In this document: in pieces, positions 9,314 through 20,267 of the stretch
How positions within the stretch are numbered: position 1 is the first letter of the stretch
How the letters are laid out: every line of letters begins with the position of its first letter
Assembly: GCA_045545795.1 (NCBI GenBank)
Contig: JAZQBN010000043.1
Coordinates: forward strand, 15,001 to 79,000
Source: Oscillospiraceae bacterium
GTDB lineage: Bacteria > Bacillota > Clostridia > Oscillospirales > Ruminococcaceae
Length of the DNA stretch: 64,000 nucleotides
Direction of reading: 5' to 3'
The notes under the pieces: model-generated
What the model was told of the DNA's origin: nothing
Database searches by the model: none
The model's input: the letters and a program-made list of their open reading frames with translations, nothing else
Position numbers and translations under genes: made by a program

Positions 9314-9631
9314 TTACTTAGCCTTCTTTGCAACAACTGCAGCAGCAGCGAGTGCAACAGGAATTACAGCGAGAGCAACTGCGGAGTTACCTGTTGTTGG
9401 GTTTTCAACCTCAACTTCTTCAGTAACTTCTTCCTCAGTAACTTCTTCTTCAACGATTTCTTCCTCAGTGATTTCTTCTTCTGTAATTTCTTCCTCTTCA
9501 ACGATTTCCTCTGTGATGATGTCTTCCTCAAGAGTTTCGTCATCTGCTTCAGCTTCAGCAGCAAAAGCTGTTGTAGCAATCATAGATGTAACTACAGCAC
9601 AAGCAGCGAGAGCAGCAAGAATCTTCTTCAT
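9314..9631 (-). CDS. minimal xTGN-anchor family member (signal peptide + acidic repeat + anchor only), paralog 6
   Basis: 105 aa. Signal peptide MKKILAALAACAVVTSMIATTAFA, then EEIVEEEEITEEEITEEEIVEEEVTEEEVTEE, then NPTTGNSAVALAVIPVALAAAAVVAKKAK. Confidence 0.75.
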   Translation of the reverse strand: MKKILAALAACAVVTSMIATTAFAAEAEADDETLEEDIITEEIVEEEEITEEEITEEEIVEEEVTEEEVTEEVEVENPTTGNSAVALAVIPVALAAAAVVAKKAK

Positions 9632-9861
9632 ATTAGTTTCCTCCTAATTAAATAGTATACATATAGTTTGTCTTAACTATGTTGTAATTATAACACAATA
9701 AAGCCTTAAATCCAATTGCTGTTTTAACAATTTTTCTTGTCAATATTGAGCTTCATTTGTTTGTTATCTACAAAATCAAAGAAATTTTTCACTCCAAAAT
9801 GAAAATTTGGTTACATTTTTTGTTACTTTTTCCATTTATGGATATCGTACAGCACGACATA

Positions 9862-9890
9862 GAAAAAGGGGACTCCTTTCGGAATCCCCC
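9862..9890 (-). terminator. terminator of the alpha operon (after rplQ)
   Basis: Minus strand GGGGATTCC-gaaa-GGAGTCCCC followed by TTTTT. Confidence 0.8.
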
Positions 9891-9901
9891 TGAAAAACCA
9901 A

Positions 9902-10246
9902 TTAGTCAACCAGTGAAATGATAGCCATTTCAGCTGCGTCACCGCGTCTTGGTCCAATCTTGATGATTCTTGTGTAACCGCCGTTTCTGTCAGCGTACTT
10001 TGGTGCGATTTCATCAAAAAGCTTCTTTACAACGTCTTCCTTTGTAACGTATGCAAGAACCTGACGCTTGGAGTGAAGGTCGTTTGTCTTAGCTGTTGTA
10101 ATCATCTTTTCAGCCATAGAACGAACTTCTTTAGCTCTGGTTACTGTTGTTTCGATTTTGCCGTTTTCAAGCAGATATGTTACCATAGCTCTGAGCATAG
10201 CCTTTCTATGGTCGCTTGTGCGGCCCAGTTTTCTGGTTCCCGGCAT
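9902..10246 (-). CDS. rplQ: 50S ribosomal protein L17
   Basis: [19 protein letters not shown]... and position after rpoA. Confidence 0.97.
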   Translation of the reverse strand: MPGTRKLGRTSDHRKAMLRAMVTYLLENGKIETTVTRAKEVRSMAEKMITTAKTNDLHSKRQVLAYVTKEDVVKKLFDEIAPKYADRNGGYTRIIKIGPRRGDAAEMAIISLVD

Positions 10247-10274
10247 TTATATTCACTCCTTACCTATCAATGTG

Positions 10275-11228
10275 TTATTCCTCTTCAGAGCTAAGGTCAA
10301 AGCCCAGTGACTGGAGCTTCTCCTTAACTTCGTCGAAGGATTTCTTACCGAGGTTTCTTACCTTCATCATTTCCTCTTCGGACTTGTTGATGAGGTCGTC
10401 AACCGTATTAATTCCAGCTCTCTTCAAACAGTTGAAGGAACGTACTGACAAGTCAAGTTCCTCAATGGTCATCTCAAGGATTTTTTCCTTACCCTTGTCG
10501 TCCTTTTCAATCATAATTTCTGTGATTGCGGACTCGTCTGAAAGCTCTGTGAAAGGCTTCAGATGCTCAATGAGGAGATTGGCTGCCTGTGAAACTGCTT
10601 CCTTAGCGGAAACTACGCCGTCAGTCCATACTTCAAGAACGAGCTTGTCGTAGTCTGTTACCTGACCAAGACGTGTATCCTCTACAGTGTAGTTCACCTT
10701 CAGTACAGGGGTATATATGGAGTCAACCGCGATTACGTCGATACCGAAGTTGAAAAGCTGCTTATTCTTTTCGGCAGGAACATATCCGCGTCCCTTGTCG
10801 ATAGTGATTTCCATATAAAGCTTAGCGTCCTTGCCGAGAGTAGCAATATGCATTTCCGGAACAAGAATATCCACTTCGGAGTCGGTTTTAATGTCACCCG
10901 CAGTAACTTCGCACTCATCTTCCGCTTCGATATAAACTGTCTTAGGACCCTCGCCGTGAAGCTTTGCGATAAGACCCTTGAGGTTCAGGACGATTTCAGT
11001 TACGTCCTCCTTAACGCCGGGTACTGTAGACATTTCGTGACGTACGCCGTCAATCTTTACAGATGTTACAGCCACGCCCGGAAGTGATGAGAGCAGAACA
11101 CGTCTCAGGCTGTTGCCGAGAGTGTGTCCGTATCCACGCTCAAGCGGAGCAACAGTAAATTTGCCGTAGGTTCCGTTGCTTTTAAGTTCGACGGTTTCAA
11201 TTTCCGCCTTCTGAATTGGTTCAAGCAT
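10275..11228 (-). CDS. rpoA: DNA-directed RNA polymerase alpha subunit
   Basis: 317 aa with the C-terminal [23 protein letters not shown] alpha-CTD motif. Sits between rpsD and rplQ. Confidence 0.97.
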   Translation of the reverse strand: MLEPIQKAEIETVELKSNGTYGKFTVAPLERGYGHTLGNSLRRVLLSSLPGVAVTSVKIDGVRHEMSTVPGVKEDVTEIVLNLKGLIAKLHGEGPKTVYIEAEDECEVTAGDIKTDSEVDILVPEMHIATLGKDAKLYMEITIDKGRGYVPAEKNKQLFNFGIDVIAVDSIYTPVLKVNYTVEDTRLGQVTDYDKLVLEVWTDGVVSAKEAVSQAANLLIEHLKPFTELSDESAITEIMIEKDDKGKEKILEMTIEELDLSVRSFNCLKRAGINTVDDLINKSEEEMMKVRNLGKKSFDEVKEKLQSLGFDLSSEEE

Positions 11229-11273
11229 GATAAAACCCTCCTATTTCGAATTGCGGATAACGTATTCTGCCTA

Positions 11274-11870
11274 TTACTTGGAGTACAGCTCGACAATAAG
11301 GTGTGTCTGTGTCTCGTAGTCAAGGTCTTCAACGCTTGGCATACGAACAACCTTTGCAGCAAAGTTTGCCTTGTCAGCTTCGAGCCAGAGAGGAACTACT
11401 CTGCTGGATGTCTGTTCAACAGTTTCCTTGAACTTGTCATAGCTGCGGCTCTTTTCGCAAAGTGCGATTACGTCGCCAACCTTAACGCGATAGGATGGAA
11501 TGTCAACTCTTTCGCCGTTTACAGTAAAGTGACCGTGGGAAACGAGCTGTCTTGCTTCTCTTCTTGTGAGAGCCATACCCATTCTGAATGCGATGTTATC
11601 AAGTCTGGATTCGAGGATAGTGATAAGGTTGTCACCGGCCTTGCCTTCCATCTTTTCAGCAATCTCAAAGTAGTGGTAGAAAGGCTTTTCAAGAACACCG
11701 TAGATGAACTTGAGCTTCTGCTTTTCCTTGAGCTGCATACCATATTCAGAAACCTTCTTCTTGTTGTTACCGCCCGGGTTTCTGTTGGATTCCTTAGCGA
11801 TACCCATTACCATAGGGCTGATACCGAGGTATCTGCATCTCTTAAGAATTGGTTCTTTATTTAATGCCAT
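11274..11870 (-). CDS. rpsD: 30S ribosomal protein S4
   Basis: MALNKEPILKRCRYLG... and operon context. Confidence 0.97.
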   Translation of the reverse strand: MALNKEPILKRCRYLGISPMVMGIAKESNRNPGGNNKKKVSEYGMQLKEKQKLKFIYGVLEKPFYHYFEIAEKMEGKAGDNLITILESRLDNIAFRMGMALTRREARQLVSHGHFTVNGERVDIPSYRVKVGDVIALCEKSRSYDKFKETVEQTSSRVVPLWLEADKANFAAKVVRMPSVEDLDYETQTHLIVELYSK

Positions 11871-11891
11871 TACAAATACACCTCCAATAGA

Positions 11892-12293
11892 TTAGACGCG
11901 GCGTCTCTTAGGCGGACGGCATCCATTGTGTGGGATAGGAGTAACGTCCTTGATGAGCTTAACTTCGAGACCAACTGTCTGGAGTGCTCTGATTGCAGCT
12001 TCACGACCAGCACCAGGACCCTTAACATAAACCTCAACAGTCTTGAGGCCGTGTTCCATAGCAGCCTTTGCAGCTGTTTCAGCAGCTGTCTGAGCAGCAA
12101 ACGGTGTAGACTTCTTGGAGCCTCTGAAACCGAGTCCGCCAGCGGAAGCCCAGGAAATTGCGTTACCCTGAATATCAGTGATAGTTACGATTGTGTTGTT
12201 GAAAGTGGACTGGATATGAACAGCGCCATTTTCAATGTTCTTACGTTCACGACGACGTCTAACAACGGTCTTCTTACCCTTAACCTGTGCCAT
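11892..12293 (-). CDS. rpsK: 30S ribosomal protein S11
   Basis: ...[18 protein letters not shown]...[13 protein letters not shown]. Confidence 0.97.
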   Translation of the reverse strand: MAQVKGKKTVVRRRRERKNIENGAVHIQSTFNNTIVTITDIQGNAISWASAGGLGFRGSKKSTPFAAQTAAETAAKAAMEHGLKTVEVYVKGPGAGREAAIRALQTVGLEVKLIKDVTPIPHNGCRPPKRRRV

Positions 12294-12308
12294 TGTTCAT
12301 TTCCCTCC

Positions 12309-12677
12309 TTACTTCTTCTTATTAGCGATTGTCTTAACAGGACCCTTACGAGTTCTTGCGTTTGTCTTAGTTCTCTGACCTCTTACCGGGAGACCCTTTC
12401 TGTGACGAACGCCTCTGTAACAACCGATTTCAACCAGTCTCTTGATGTTGAGTGCAACGTGTCTTCTGAGGTCACCCTCTACTTCAAAGTTGTGGTCAAT
12501 GTAATCACGGAGCTTAGCTACATCATCATCGGAGAGGTCCTTAACTCTGATATCAGGGTTAACACCTGTGTTTGCGAGGATGATTTCAGCAGATTTACGA
12601 CCGATACCGTAGATGTAAGTGAGACCGATTTCGACTCTCTTATTCTTAGGAAGGTCAACGCCTGCAATACGTGCCAT
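12309..12677 (-). CDS. rpsM: 30S ribosomal protein S13
   Basis: [26 protein letters not shown]. Confidence 0.97.
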   Translation of the reverse strand: MARIAGVDLPKNKRVEIGLTYIYGIGRKSAEIILANTGVNPDIRVKDLSDDDVAKLRDYIDHNFEVEGDLRRHVALNIKRLVEIGCYRGVRHRKGLPVRGQRTKTNARTRKGPVKTIANKKK

Positions 12678-12721
12678 TTACAATACACCTCCATATTGGA
12701 TTTGAATACGAATTTTGTTTA

Positions 12722-12835
12722 TCAGCCCTGACGCTGCTTGTGCTTAGGGTTTTCGCAGATAATCATAATCTTGCCTTTTCTTTTGATAACCTTGCATTTT
12801 TCGCAGATAGGCTTAACTGAAGGTCTAACTTTCAT
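12722..12835 (-). CDS. rpmJ: 50S ribosomal protein L36
   Basis: Not in the ORF track (37 aa). Hand translation of the minus strand gives [37 protein letters not shown]. Confidence 0.95.
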   Translation of the reverse strand: MKVRPSVKPICEKCKVIKRKGKIMIICENPKHKQRQG

Positions 12836-12868
12836 TAAAATTACCGCCTTTCTGATTGAATAACTTTA

Positions 12869-13087
12869 TTACTTCGCTCTCCAAGTAATTCTGCCCTTTG
12901 TGAGGTCATATGGTGACATCTCAACTGTTACCTTATCGCCGGGAACTATTCTGATATAGTTCATTCTGAGCTTACCGGAAACGTGAGCAAGAATTTTGTG
13001 TCCGTTTGCAAGTTCAACCTGGAACATTGCATTAGGCAGAGCTTCTATGACTGTACCCTCAATCTCAATAACATCTTCCTTAGACAA
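12869..13087 (-). CDS. infA: translation initiation factor IF-1
   Basis: [30 protein letters not shown].... Confidence 0.97.
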   Translation of the reverse strand: MSKEDVIEIEGTVIEALPNAMFQVELANGHKILAHVSGKLRMNYIRIVPGDKVTVEMSPYDLTKGRITWRAK

Positions 13088-13125
13088 GTAAATGCCTCCT
13101 TTGGATATTTCGATTTCGGCAGGAC

Positions 13126-13368
13126 TTACTCATTTCCCGTGTATTCACGCAGGAAGCTTCTCAGTCCTTTGTCTGTCAGATTGTCAAGCTGTATTTCAGC
13201 TTTGGTGAAAGCAACGTGCCTGATGTTCTTCTTTTTCGGGGCACTGAGCTTACGCTCCTTGCCGTCCGCAAGATAGACAAAGCCGTCCTTTACGGAAGTA
13301 ACCGCCATAAAGCGTCCTTCCTCTCTTCCAGCCTTAGCCCTGACAATCATTCCGGGTTTTGCCTCCAC
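13126..13368 (-). CDS. KOW-domain small RNA-binding protein (conserved between map and infA in Clostridia)
   Basis: 80 aa with a [21 protein letters not shown]-like motif. Position between map and infA. Confidence 0.7.
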   Translation of the reverse strand: MEAKPGMIVRAKAGREEGRFMAVTSVKDGFVYLADGKERKLSAPKKKNIRHVAFTKAEIQLDNLTDKGLRSFLREYTGNE

Positions 13369-13380
13369 AGCATACCCTCC

Positions 13381-14136
13381 TTAAATTGTGGGCTTTGTAA
13401 GAATTACAGGCCCGTCGGGTGTAACTGCGACTGAATGCTCGAAGTGAGCAGAAAGTGAGCCTGACTTGGTCAATACAGTCCAGCCGTCGGGAAGGGTTTT
13501 TACATCCTCGCCTACCGCATTAATCATCGGCTCGATAGCGATTGTCATACCTGCAACCAGTCTTGGACCGTGACCCTCTCTTCCGAAATTCGGAACTTCG
13601 GGTGACTCGTGGAGCTGTCTGCCCAGACCGTGACCGATAAACTTTCTGACAACGCCGTATCCATAAGCTTCACAGTGCTCCTGAACCGCGTGACCGATGT
13701 CACCGATTCGGTTTCCGACGATTGCCTGTTCAATTCCCTTGTACAGGCTTTCTTCGGTAACCTTGAGAAGCTGCTGTGCCTCTTGTGAAATTTTACCTAC
13801 GGCAAAGGTATAAGCGGTATCTCCGTGGAAGCCGTCAATATAAGCGCCCACGTCGATGCTGACAATGTCACCCTCCTGAATTCTTACCTTTTTGGAAGGA
13901 ATTCCGTGAATGACCTGATTATTGATGCTGATGCAAGCGGAAGCGGGGAATCCGCCGTATCCTAAGAAGGAAGGCTTTGCACCGTTCTTGACAATGTAAT
14001 CGTGGATTATCTTGTCAAGCTCAAAGGTTGTCATACCGACTTTAATTGACCTGCCGCCGAAGTGGAGTGCGTTGCCGGCGATGATGCCTGCCTTACGCAT
14101 TTTCTCCAGCTCGGATTTGGATTTAACACTAATCAT
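13381..14136 (-). CDS. map: type I methionine aminopeptidase
   Basis: 251 aa with IVSIDVGAYIDGFHGD, FIGHGLG and the HFEHSV metal-ligand motif. Confidence 0.95.
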   Translation of the reverse strand: MISVKSKSELEKMRKAGIIAGNALHFGGRSIKVGMTTFELDKIIHDYIVKNGAKPSFLGYGGFPASACISINNQVIHGIPSKKVRIQEGDIVSIDVGAYIDGFHGDTAYTFAVGKISQEAQQLLKVTEESLYKGIEQAIVGNRIGDIGHAVQEHCEAYGYGVVRKFIGHGLGRQLHESPEVPNFGREGHGPRLVAGMTIAIEPMINAVGEDVKTLPDGWTVLTKSGSLSAHFEHSVAVTPDGPVILTKPTI

Positions 14137-14151
14137 TTTATCACGCTTTTC

Positions 14152-14784
14152 TTACGCATTTACTGCCTTGAGAACGAGAGCGGAAGTTTCCTTTACCTCG
14201 TCCTGACCCTCAACCTTTACAAGCTTGCCTCTTTCGTCATAGAAAGCAGCGAGAGGAGCAGTCTGCTCGTGATATGTGCGGAGTCTTTCGATAACTGTTT
14301 CAGGAGCGTCGTCCTTACGCTGTACAGCATTTCCGTCGCACTTATCGCACTTGCCCTCAACCTTAGGAGGGTTGAATTCGATGTGGTAGGAAGCACCGCA
14401 CTTGTCGCAAACGCGTCTGCCTGAGAGTCTGCCCTGGATAGTTTCATCAGCAACCTCAATGGAGATTACCTTGTCGATGTTGATACCCATAGCTTCGAGA
14501 GCCTCAGCCTGTGGAACAGTTCTTGGGAAACCGTCCAGAATATAACCGTTCTTGCAGTCGTCCTCAGCAATTCTATCCTTGAGAATACCGATAACAACCT
14601 CATCTGGAACGAGAGCACCGCTCTCCATGAAACTCTTGGCCTTAAGACCGCATTCTGTGCCGTTCTTAACAGCCTCACGCAGAATGTTTCCTGTAGAAAT
14701 CTGTGGAATACCCAGCCTTTCGCTGATAACCTCAGCCTGTGTACCCTTGCCTGCGCCCGGAGCGCCTAATAAAATCAGGTTCAT
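14152..14784 (-). CDS. adk: adenylate kinase (zinc-lid type)
   Basis: MNLILLGAPGAGKGTQ P-loop. Lid has CDKCG...CDKCDG. Start chosen at the ATG with a GGAGG RBS. Confidence 0.96.
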   Translation of the reverse strand: MNLILLGAPGAGKGTQAEVISERLGIPQISTGNILREAVKNGTECGLKAKSFMESGALVPDEVVIGILKDRIAEDDCKNGYILDGFPRTVPQAEALEAMGINIDKVISIEVADETIQGRLSGRRVCDKCGASYHIEFNPPKVEGKCDKCDGNAVQRKDDAPETVIERLRTYHEQTAPLAAFYDERGKLVKVEGQDEVKETSALVLKAVNA

Positions 14785-14823
14785 ATTTATATCCTCCAAT
14801 CAAGTTTCATTTAACGGTTAATC

Positions 14824-16125
14824 TTATTCAAGGAAGCCTTTGTGATGACGCATCATCATCTGGGATTCCAGAGTTCTTACTGTTTCCAGAACAACGCTTA
14901 CAACGATGAGGATTGAAGTACCGCCCATCGATACACCCAGCTGCGGGAATCCCATACTGATAAAGATAGGAAGTATAGCAATTACGCCGAGGAAGAACGC
15001 ACCAACAAGAGTAATCTTGTTGAGGATTTTCTGAATGTAGTCGCTTGTAGGCTTACCGGGACGGATACCCGGGATACCGCCGTTACTCTGACGGAGGTTG
15101 TTTGCAATCTCAATCGGGTTGTACTGCATTGAAACATAGAAGTAGTTGAATGCGATAATCAGCACAAAGTAAACTACAGCATACCATGGGCTGTTATAGC
15201 TGAAGAAATTGATGAAGCCCGCATAGAACTTCTGACCGAATGTTTCGGGAGTTGGGTCAACAGGCTTGAACATAGCGATTGTGGAAGGCAGTGACATAAT
15301 AGCCATTGCGAAGATGATTGGCATAACGCCGCTCATTGCAACCTTAATCGGAATGTGTGTGCTCTGTCCGCCGTACTGCTTTCTGCCAACAACACGCTTA
15401 GCGTATGTGATAGGAATACGTCTTTCAGACTCGTTCATAAATACGATGAAACCAATCATTACAACAAACATAACAAGGATAAACGGAATAGCGATATACA
15501 TTGTCTTGTTTGTAGAAGCGTTTACAAACATATTCATAATAGCAGTAGGACCTCTTGAAACGATACCTGCAAAGAGAATCATGGAAATACCGTTGCCGAT
15601 ACCTCTTTCATTGATTCTGTTACCCAGCCATACAACGAGGCTTGCACCTGCTGTAAATGCCAGGATAATTACTGCAGCGGTAAATACGCCCTTGAAGCCG
15701 CCTCTGTACTGGAGTGCACCGCTGTTTCTGAGCGTTAAGTAGTACGCATAGGACATAATCAGTGCAATAGCCAGTGCCACGAAGCTGGAAATTTTCTGGA
15801 GCTTCTTTCTTCCTGACTCGCCTTCCTTCTGGAGATTTTCCAGCGGAGGAAGAGCATATGTCAGAAGCTGAACGATAATGGAAGCGTTGATATAAGGCTG
15901 AATTGCAAGGGAGAAAAGTGTTGCCTGTGAAAGAGCACCACCTGAAAGTGTGTTCATATAGCTGAGGAAGTTTCCTTCAGCGAACATACCAGCCATTGCC
16001 TCCGGATTGATAAACGGTACCGGAACGTGACAGCCTATTCTGAAAACGAGGATAATGAGTAATGTGTAAAGGAGTTTATTCCTTAACTCGGGAACCTTCC
16101 AAGCATTAACGAAGGTCTTCAGCAC
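14824..16125 (-). CDS. secY: preprotein translocase subunit SecY
   Basis: 433 aa polytopic protein between rplO and adk. Confidence 0.96.
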   Translation of the reverse strand: MLKTFVNAWKVPELRNKLLYTLLIILVFRIGCHVPVPFINPEAMAGMFAEGNFLSYMNTLSGGALSQATLFSLAIQPYINASIIVQLLTYALPPLENLQKEGESGRKKLQKISSFVALAIALIMSYAYYLTLRNSGALQYRGGFKGVFTAAVIILAFTAGASLVVWLGNRINERGIGNGISMILFAGIVSRGPTAIMNMFVNASTNKTMYIAIPFILVMFVVMIGFIVFMNESERRIPITYAKRVVGRKQYGGQSTHIPIKVAMSGVMPIIFAMAIMSLPSTIAMFKPVDPTPETFGQKFYAGFINFFSYNSPWYAVVYFVLIIAFNYFYVSMQYNPIEIANNLRQSNGGIPGIRPGKPTSDYIQKILNKITLVGAFFLGVIAILPIFISMGFPQLGVSMGGTSILIVVSVVLETVRTLESQMMMRHHKGFLE

Positions 16126-16126
16126 A

Positions 16127-16567
16127 TTACATCACCTCAGCCTTCCCGCCTGCCTTCTCGATTTTCTCCTTAGCTGATGCGGAGAAAGCAGCAGCCTTTA
16201 CTGTAAGATTTACATTCAGCTCGCCCTTACCGAGAATCTTAACCTTTTCGTCAAGCTTCTTGATAAGACCTGCAGCCTTGAGAATTTCGTTGTCTACAAC
16301 TGTACCTTCCTTGAAGTTAGCAAGTGCGGATACGTTGATAACTGTTACGTCTTCAGCGAAAATGTTGTTGAAACCTCTCTTAGGAATTCTTCTTGCGAGA
16401 GGCATCTGGCCACCTTCAAAACCTGGTCTTACACCGCCGCCTGAACGAGCGTTCTGACCCTTGTGACCCTTACCGGCTGTTTTACCCCAACCGGAACCGT
16501 GACCTCTGCCGATTCTCTTAACATCCTTATTAGAACCTGCAGCAGGGGATAATTCGTGAATTTTCAT
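16127..16567 (-). CDS. rplO: 50S ribosomal protein L15
   Basis: [30 protein letters not shown]. Confidence 0.97.
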   Translation of the reverse strand: MKIHELSPAAGSNKDVKRIGRGHGSGWGKTAGKGHKGQNARSGGGVRPGFEGGQMPLARRIPKRGFNNIFAEDVTVINVSALANFKEGTVVDNEILKAAGLIKKLDEKVKILGKGELNVNLTVKAAAFSASAKEKIEKAGGKAEVM

Positions 16568-16591
16568 AGCTTTCGCACCTCCTTGCAGTAA

Positions 16592-16768
16592 TTATGCTTC
16601 GGTAACTTCTACAAGGTGACAAATCTTCTTGATCTTACCCATTGTAGCGTCGTTATCGGGCTGTACTGTTACATCGCCGATCTTGCGGAGTCCGAGGGAA
16701 GCAGCAGTTGCAGCCTGAGGCTTCTTAACGCTGTTAAGGCTTCTTACAAGCTTAATCTTCTTTGCCAT
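16592..16768 (-). CDS. rpmD: 50S ribosomal protein L30
   Basis: Not in the ORF track (58 aa). Hand translation gives MAKKIKLVRSLNSVKKPQAATAASLGLRKIGDVTVQPDNDATMGKIKKICHLVEVTEA*. Confidence 0.93.
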   Translation of the reverse strand: MAKKIKLVRSLNSVKKPQAATAASLGLRKIGDVTVQPDNDATMGKIKKICHLVEVTEA

Positions 16769-16782
16769 TTCTGTCGTCCTCC

Positions 16783-17295
16783 TTAACCTAAGATTTCCTT
16801 AACGGACTTGCCTCTTACTTCAGCAACTTCCTTAGCGCTTCTGCACTGTGCAAGACCATTGATTGTAGCTCTAACTACGTTGCAAGCGTTGTTGGAACGA
16901 AGGGACTTTGTTCTGATGTCCTTGATACCTGCCATTTCGATTACAGCACGAACTGGACCGCCTGCGATAACACCGGTACCGGGGGCAGCAGGCTTCATAA
17001 GAACTCTGCCAGCGCCGAAAGCACCGATAATTTCGTGTGGAATTGTTGTTCCCTTGAGGGAAACCTTAATTAAATTCTTCTTAGCATCTTCGATACCCTT
17101 GCGGATTGCGTCAGGAACTTCGCCTGATTTACCCATACCAAAGCCAACAGTACCGTTGCCGTCGCCTACTACAACGAGAGCAGCAAACTTGAAGATACGT
17201 CCGCCCTTAACAGTCTTGGATACTCTGTTAATAGCAACAACCTTCTCGGAGAGCTCAAGTGTAGAAGCATCTATCTTAGCGTTTGCCAAAATCAT
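16783..17295 (-). CDS. rpsE: 30S ribosomal protein S5
   Basis: ...[27 protein letters not shown].... Confidence 0.97.
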   Translation of the reverse strand: MILANAKIDASTLELSEKVVAINRVSKTVKGGRIFKFAALVVVGDGNGTVGFGMGKSGEVPDAIRKGIEDAKKNLIKVSLKGTTIPHEIIGAFGAGRVLMKPAAPGTGVIAGGPVRAVIEMAGIKDIRTKSLRSNNACNVVRATINGLAQCRSAKEVAEVRGKSVKEILG

Positions 17296-17320
17296 TACCT
17301 CCTTGTTTGTTAATGCCTGA

Positions 17321-17680
17321 TTAGAAGTTCAGGCCGCCCTTTCTTGCACCCTCTGCAAGCTCAGCAACTCTGCCGTGGTAGAGATAGCCTGCACGGTCGA
17401 ATACAACGTCCTTAATGCCCTTTTCTGCAGCCTTTGCAGCAATCATTTCGCCAACCTTGAAAGCACCTTCCTTGTTGCCGCCGTTGCCGTCAAAGCCCTT
17501 TTCCATAGAAGAAGCAGCGCAAAGTGTTACGCCTGCAACGTCATCGATGAGCTGAGCATAGATGTTCTTGGAAGAACGGAATACGTTGAGTCTTGGGCAC
17601 TCAGCTGTACCGCTGATCTTGGAACGAACTCTGATCTGTCTCTTAGCTCTTGCAGCTTTTCTGTTAATCTGCTTTACCAT
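17321..17680 (-). CDS. rplR: 50S ribosomal protein L18
   Basis: ...[19 protein letters not shown]...[19 protein letters not shown]. Confidence 0.97.
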   Translation of the reverse strand: MVKQINRKAARAKRQIRVRSKISGTAECPRLNVFRSSKNIYAQLIDDVAGVTLCAASSMEKGFDGNGGNKEGAFKVGEMIAAKAAEKGIKDVVFDRAGYLYHGRVAELAEGARKGGLNF

Positions 17681-17781
17681 GATAATTTCAACTCCTTTTC
17701 AAACGGAGAATAGTAGTCATAAAAATTACTTTCAGACTGTCCCATTCTCTAATAATAGGATTTTCCTTAACAGGCGGGGGA

Positions 17782-18327
17782 TTACTTCTTACCCTTACCA
17801 GCCTTACCTTCCTTACGGATAATTCTTTCGCCCTGATAGCGGATACCCTTGCCCTTATATGGCTCAGGTGGTCTCTTCTCTCTGATTTCAGCAGCAATCT
17901 GACCAACAACCTGCTTGTCAATACCGTTAACAACGATTGTTGTGTTGTTTGGAACTTCGATTGTGATACCGTCGATTTCAGGAACGATTACCTGATGTGA
18001 GTAACCGAGGTTCATAACGAGGTCCTTGCCCTGCTTAGCTGCACGGTAACCGATACCTTCGATTTCGAGAGTCTTCTTGTAACCGTTTGTTACGCCCTCT
18101 ACCATGTTAGCAATGAGAGTTCTTGTAAGACCGTGGAGAGACTTGTGCATCTTGTTTTCAGATGGACGCTCTACGATGATTTCTGTACCTTCAAGCTTGA
18201 TAATCATATCAGCATTGAATGTGTTTGTGAGTGTACCCTTAGGTCCCTTTACTGTAACGGTAGCGCCGTCGATCTTTACATCAACGCCGGCAGGAACAGT
18301 AATAGGCTTCTTACCAATTCTGGACAT
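17782..18327 (-). CDS. rplF: 50S ribosomal protein L6
   Basis: [21 protein letters not shown]. Confidence 0.97.
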   Translation of the reverse strand: MSRIGKKPITVPAGVDVKIDGATVTVKGPKGTLTNTFNADMIIKLEGTEIIVERPSENKMHKSLHGLTRTLIANMVEGVTNGYKKTLEIEGIGYRAAKQGKDLVMNLGYSHQVIVPEIDGITIEVPNNTTIVVNGIDKQVVGQIAAEIREKRPPEPYKGKGIRYQGERIIRKEGKAGKGKK

Positions 18328-18341
18328 TTACTTGTTCCTCC

Positions 18342-18740
18342 TTACCATACGAATGCAAGGACTTCGCCGCCGACATTGAGCTCTCTTGCCTTCTTGTCAG
18401 TCATAACGCCCTTGGATGTGGAAACGATAGCAATACCGAGACCCTTCATTACCTTAGGCATATCCTCGCAGCTTGAATAAATACGAAGACCTGGCTTAGA
18501 AACTCTTCTCAGACCTGTGATAACCTGAGACTTGTTTTCGCCGTACTTCAATGTGATTCTGATGATGCCCTGCTTGCCGTCGTCAATAATCTGATAGCTC
18601 TTGATGTAACCCTCGTCTACGAGAATCTGTGTGATAGCCTTCTTCATATTGGAAGCAGGAACGTCAACTGTGTCGTGCTTTGCAGAGTTAGCATTACGGA
18701 TTCTTGTGAGAATATCTGCAATTGTATCTGTAATTTGCAT
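18342..18740 (-). CDS. rpsH: 30S ribosomal protein S8
   Basis: [22 protein letters not shown]. Confidence 0.97.
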   Translation of the reverse strand: MQITDTIADILTRIRNANSAKHDTVDVPASNMKKAITQILVDEGYIKSYQIIDDGKQGIIRITLKYGENKSQVITGLRRVSKPGLRIYSSCEDMPKVMKGLGIAIVSTSKGVMTDKKARELNVGGEVLAFVW

Positions 18741-18795
18741 AACGGTTAACCTCCTTATATTACTTAAAAACAGTCTTTACGCTATTTCGTAAAGA

Positions 18796-18981
18796 TTACC
18801 AGCTTGCCTTCTTAACGCCGGGAATCTGACCGTCGTGTGCAAGCTCTCTGAAGCAGATACGGCAGATGCCGAACTTTCTCATATATGCATGAGGTCTGCC
18901 GCAGATTTTGCATCTGTTGTAAGCTCTTGTGCTAAACTTAGGAGTTCTCTGCTGCTTAACTTTCATCGATGTTTTAGCCAT
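18796..18981 (-). CDS. rpsN: 30S ribosomal protein S14 type Z (zinc-binding)
   Basis: 61 aa with [20 protein letters not shown]. Confidence 0.96.
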   Translation of the reverse strand: MAKTSMKVKQQRTPKFSTRAYNRCKICGRPHAYMRKFGICRICFRELAHDGQIPGVKKASW

Positions 18982-19001
18982 TTCAATTACCCTCCTAAAA
19001 A

Positions 19002-19544
19002 TTACTTAGCGAACGGAGCGCCCATCAGCTCAAGAAGAGCCTTAGCTTCTTCGTCTGTGTTTGCAGTAGTGATGATATTGATATCCATACCGCGAACCTT
19101 GTCGATTTTATCATATTCGATTTCAGGGAAAATAAGCTGTTCCTTGATACCTGTGGAGTAGTTACCTCTGCCGTCGAAAGAGTTGCCGTTGATTCCTCTG
19201 AAGTCACGAACTCTTGGGAACGCAACGTTGAAAAGTCTGTCGAGGAATTCATACATCTTTTCGCTTCTGAGTGTAACCTTAACACCGATAGGCATACCTT
19301 CACGGAGCTTAAAGTTAGCAACAGACTTCTTAGCGCGGCATACTACAGGCTTCTGACCTGTGATAGCAGCGAGGTCTGTCATGATTGCGTCGATAACCTT
19401 AGCGTTTTCCTTAGCTTCGCCTGCACCGACGTTGATAACAACCTTGTCAATCTTAGGGATCTGCATTACGCTCTTATAACCGAACTTCTTCATTAAAGCA
19501 GGAGCCACTGTGCTGACATAGAGTTCCTTCAAATTAGATGCCAT
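19002..19544 (-). CDS. rplE: 50S ribosomal protein L5
   Basis: MASNLKELY.... Start set at the ATG preceded by AAAGGAG. Confidence 0.96.
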   Translation of the reverse strand: MASNLKELYVSTVAPALMKKFGYKSVMQIPKIDKVVINVGAGEAKENAKVIDAIMTDLAAITGQKPVVCRAKKSVANFKLREGMPIGVKVTLRSEKMYEFLDRLFNVAFPRVRDFRGINGNSFDGRGNYSTGIKEQLIFPEIEYDKIDKVRGMDINIITTANTDEEAKALLELMGAPFAK

Positions 19545-19562
19545 TGTCAATTACTCCTTTCC

Positions 19563-19883
19563 TTAATAAGACTTGCCGCAGTCTGCGTGCTTGCAAACGC
19601 GAACCTTCTTGCCGTCCTCGATCTTGTGAGCGAGTCTTGTAGGCTTGCCGCACTTAGGGCAAACAGCCATTACCTTACAAGCGTAAAGCGGAGCTTCGCA
19701 CTTAACGATGCCGCCCTGCTGGCCCATCTGTCTTGGCTTAACGTGCTTTGTAACAATGTTGAGGCCCTCAACGATTACCTTCTGTTCCTTTGGGGAAACT
19801 TCGAGAACCTTACCCTGCTTACCCTTGTCCTTACCGGAAAGGATAACTACTGTGTCACCTGTTTTAACGTGTAAATTATTCAT
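19563..19883 (-). CDS. rplX: 50S ribosomal protein L24 (Cys4 C-terminal variant)
   Basis: [27 protein letters not shown] motif. C-terminus [42 protein letters not shown]. Confidence 0.95.
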   Translation of the reverse strand: MNNLHVKTGDTVVILSGKDKGKQGKVLEVSPKEQKVIVEGLNIVTKHVKPRQMGQQGGIVKCEAPLYACKVMAVCPKCGKPTRLAHKIEDGKKVRVCKHADCGKSY

Positions 19884-19898
19884 TCGTGACACCTCCAA

Positions 19899-20267
19899 TT
19901 AAAGTACTTCAGGAGCAAGAGAAAGAATCTTCATATAGTCCTTGTCTCTGAGCTCTCTTGCAACAGGTCCAAAAATACGAGTACCCTTAGGGTTCTTGTC
20001 TTCCTTGATGATAACTGCTGCATTTTCATCAAAACGGATGTATGTTCCGTCCTCACGGCGGAGGCCCTTTGCGGAACGTACGATTACTGCCTTAACAACG
20101 TCGCCCTTCTTAACAACGCCGCCTGGTGTTGCTTTCTTAACGGAAGCAACAACTACATCGCCGATGTTCGCATATCTTCTGCGAGTACCGCCAAGAACTC
20201 TGATACACATAAGTTCCTTAGCACCTGTATTATCAGCGACTTTTAAATAAGTCTGCATCTGAATCAC
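19899..20267 (-). CDS. rplN: 50S ribosomal protein L14
   Basis: [18 protein letters not shown] (GTG start). Confidence 0.97.
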   Translation of the reverse strand: MIQMQTYLKVADNTGAKELMCIRVLGGTRRRYANIGDVVVASVKKATPGGVVKKGDVVKAVIVRSAKGLRREDGTYIRFDENAAVIIKEDKNPKGTRIFGPVARELRDKDYMKILSLAPEVL

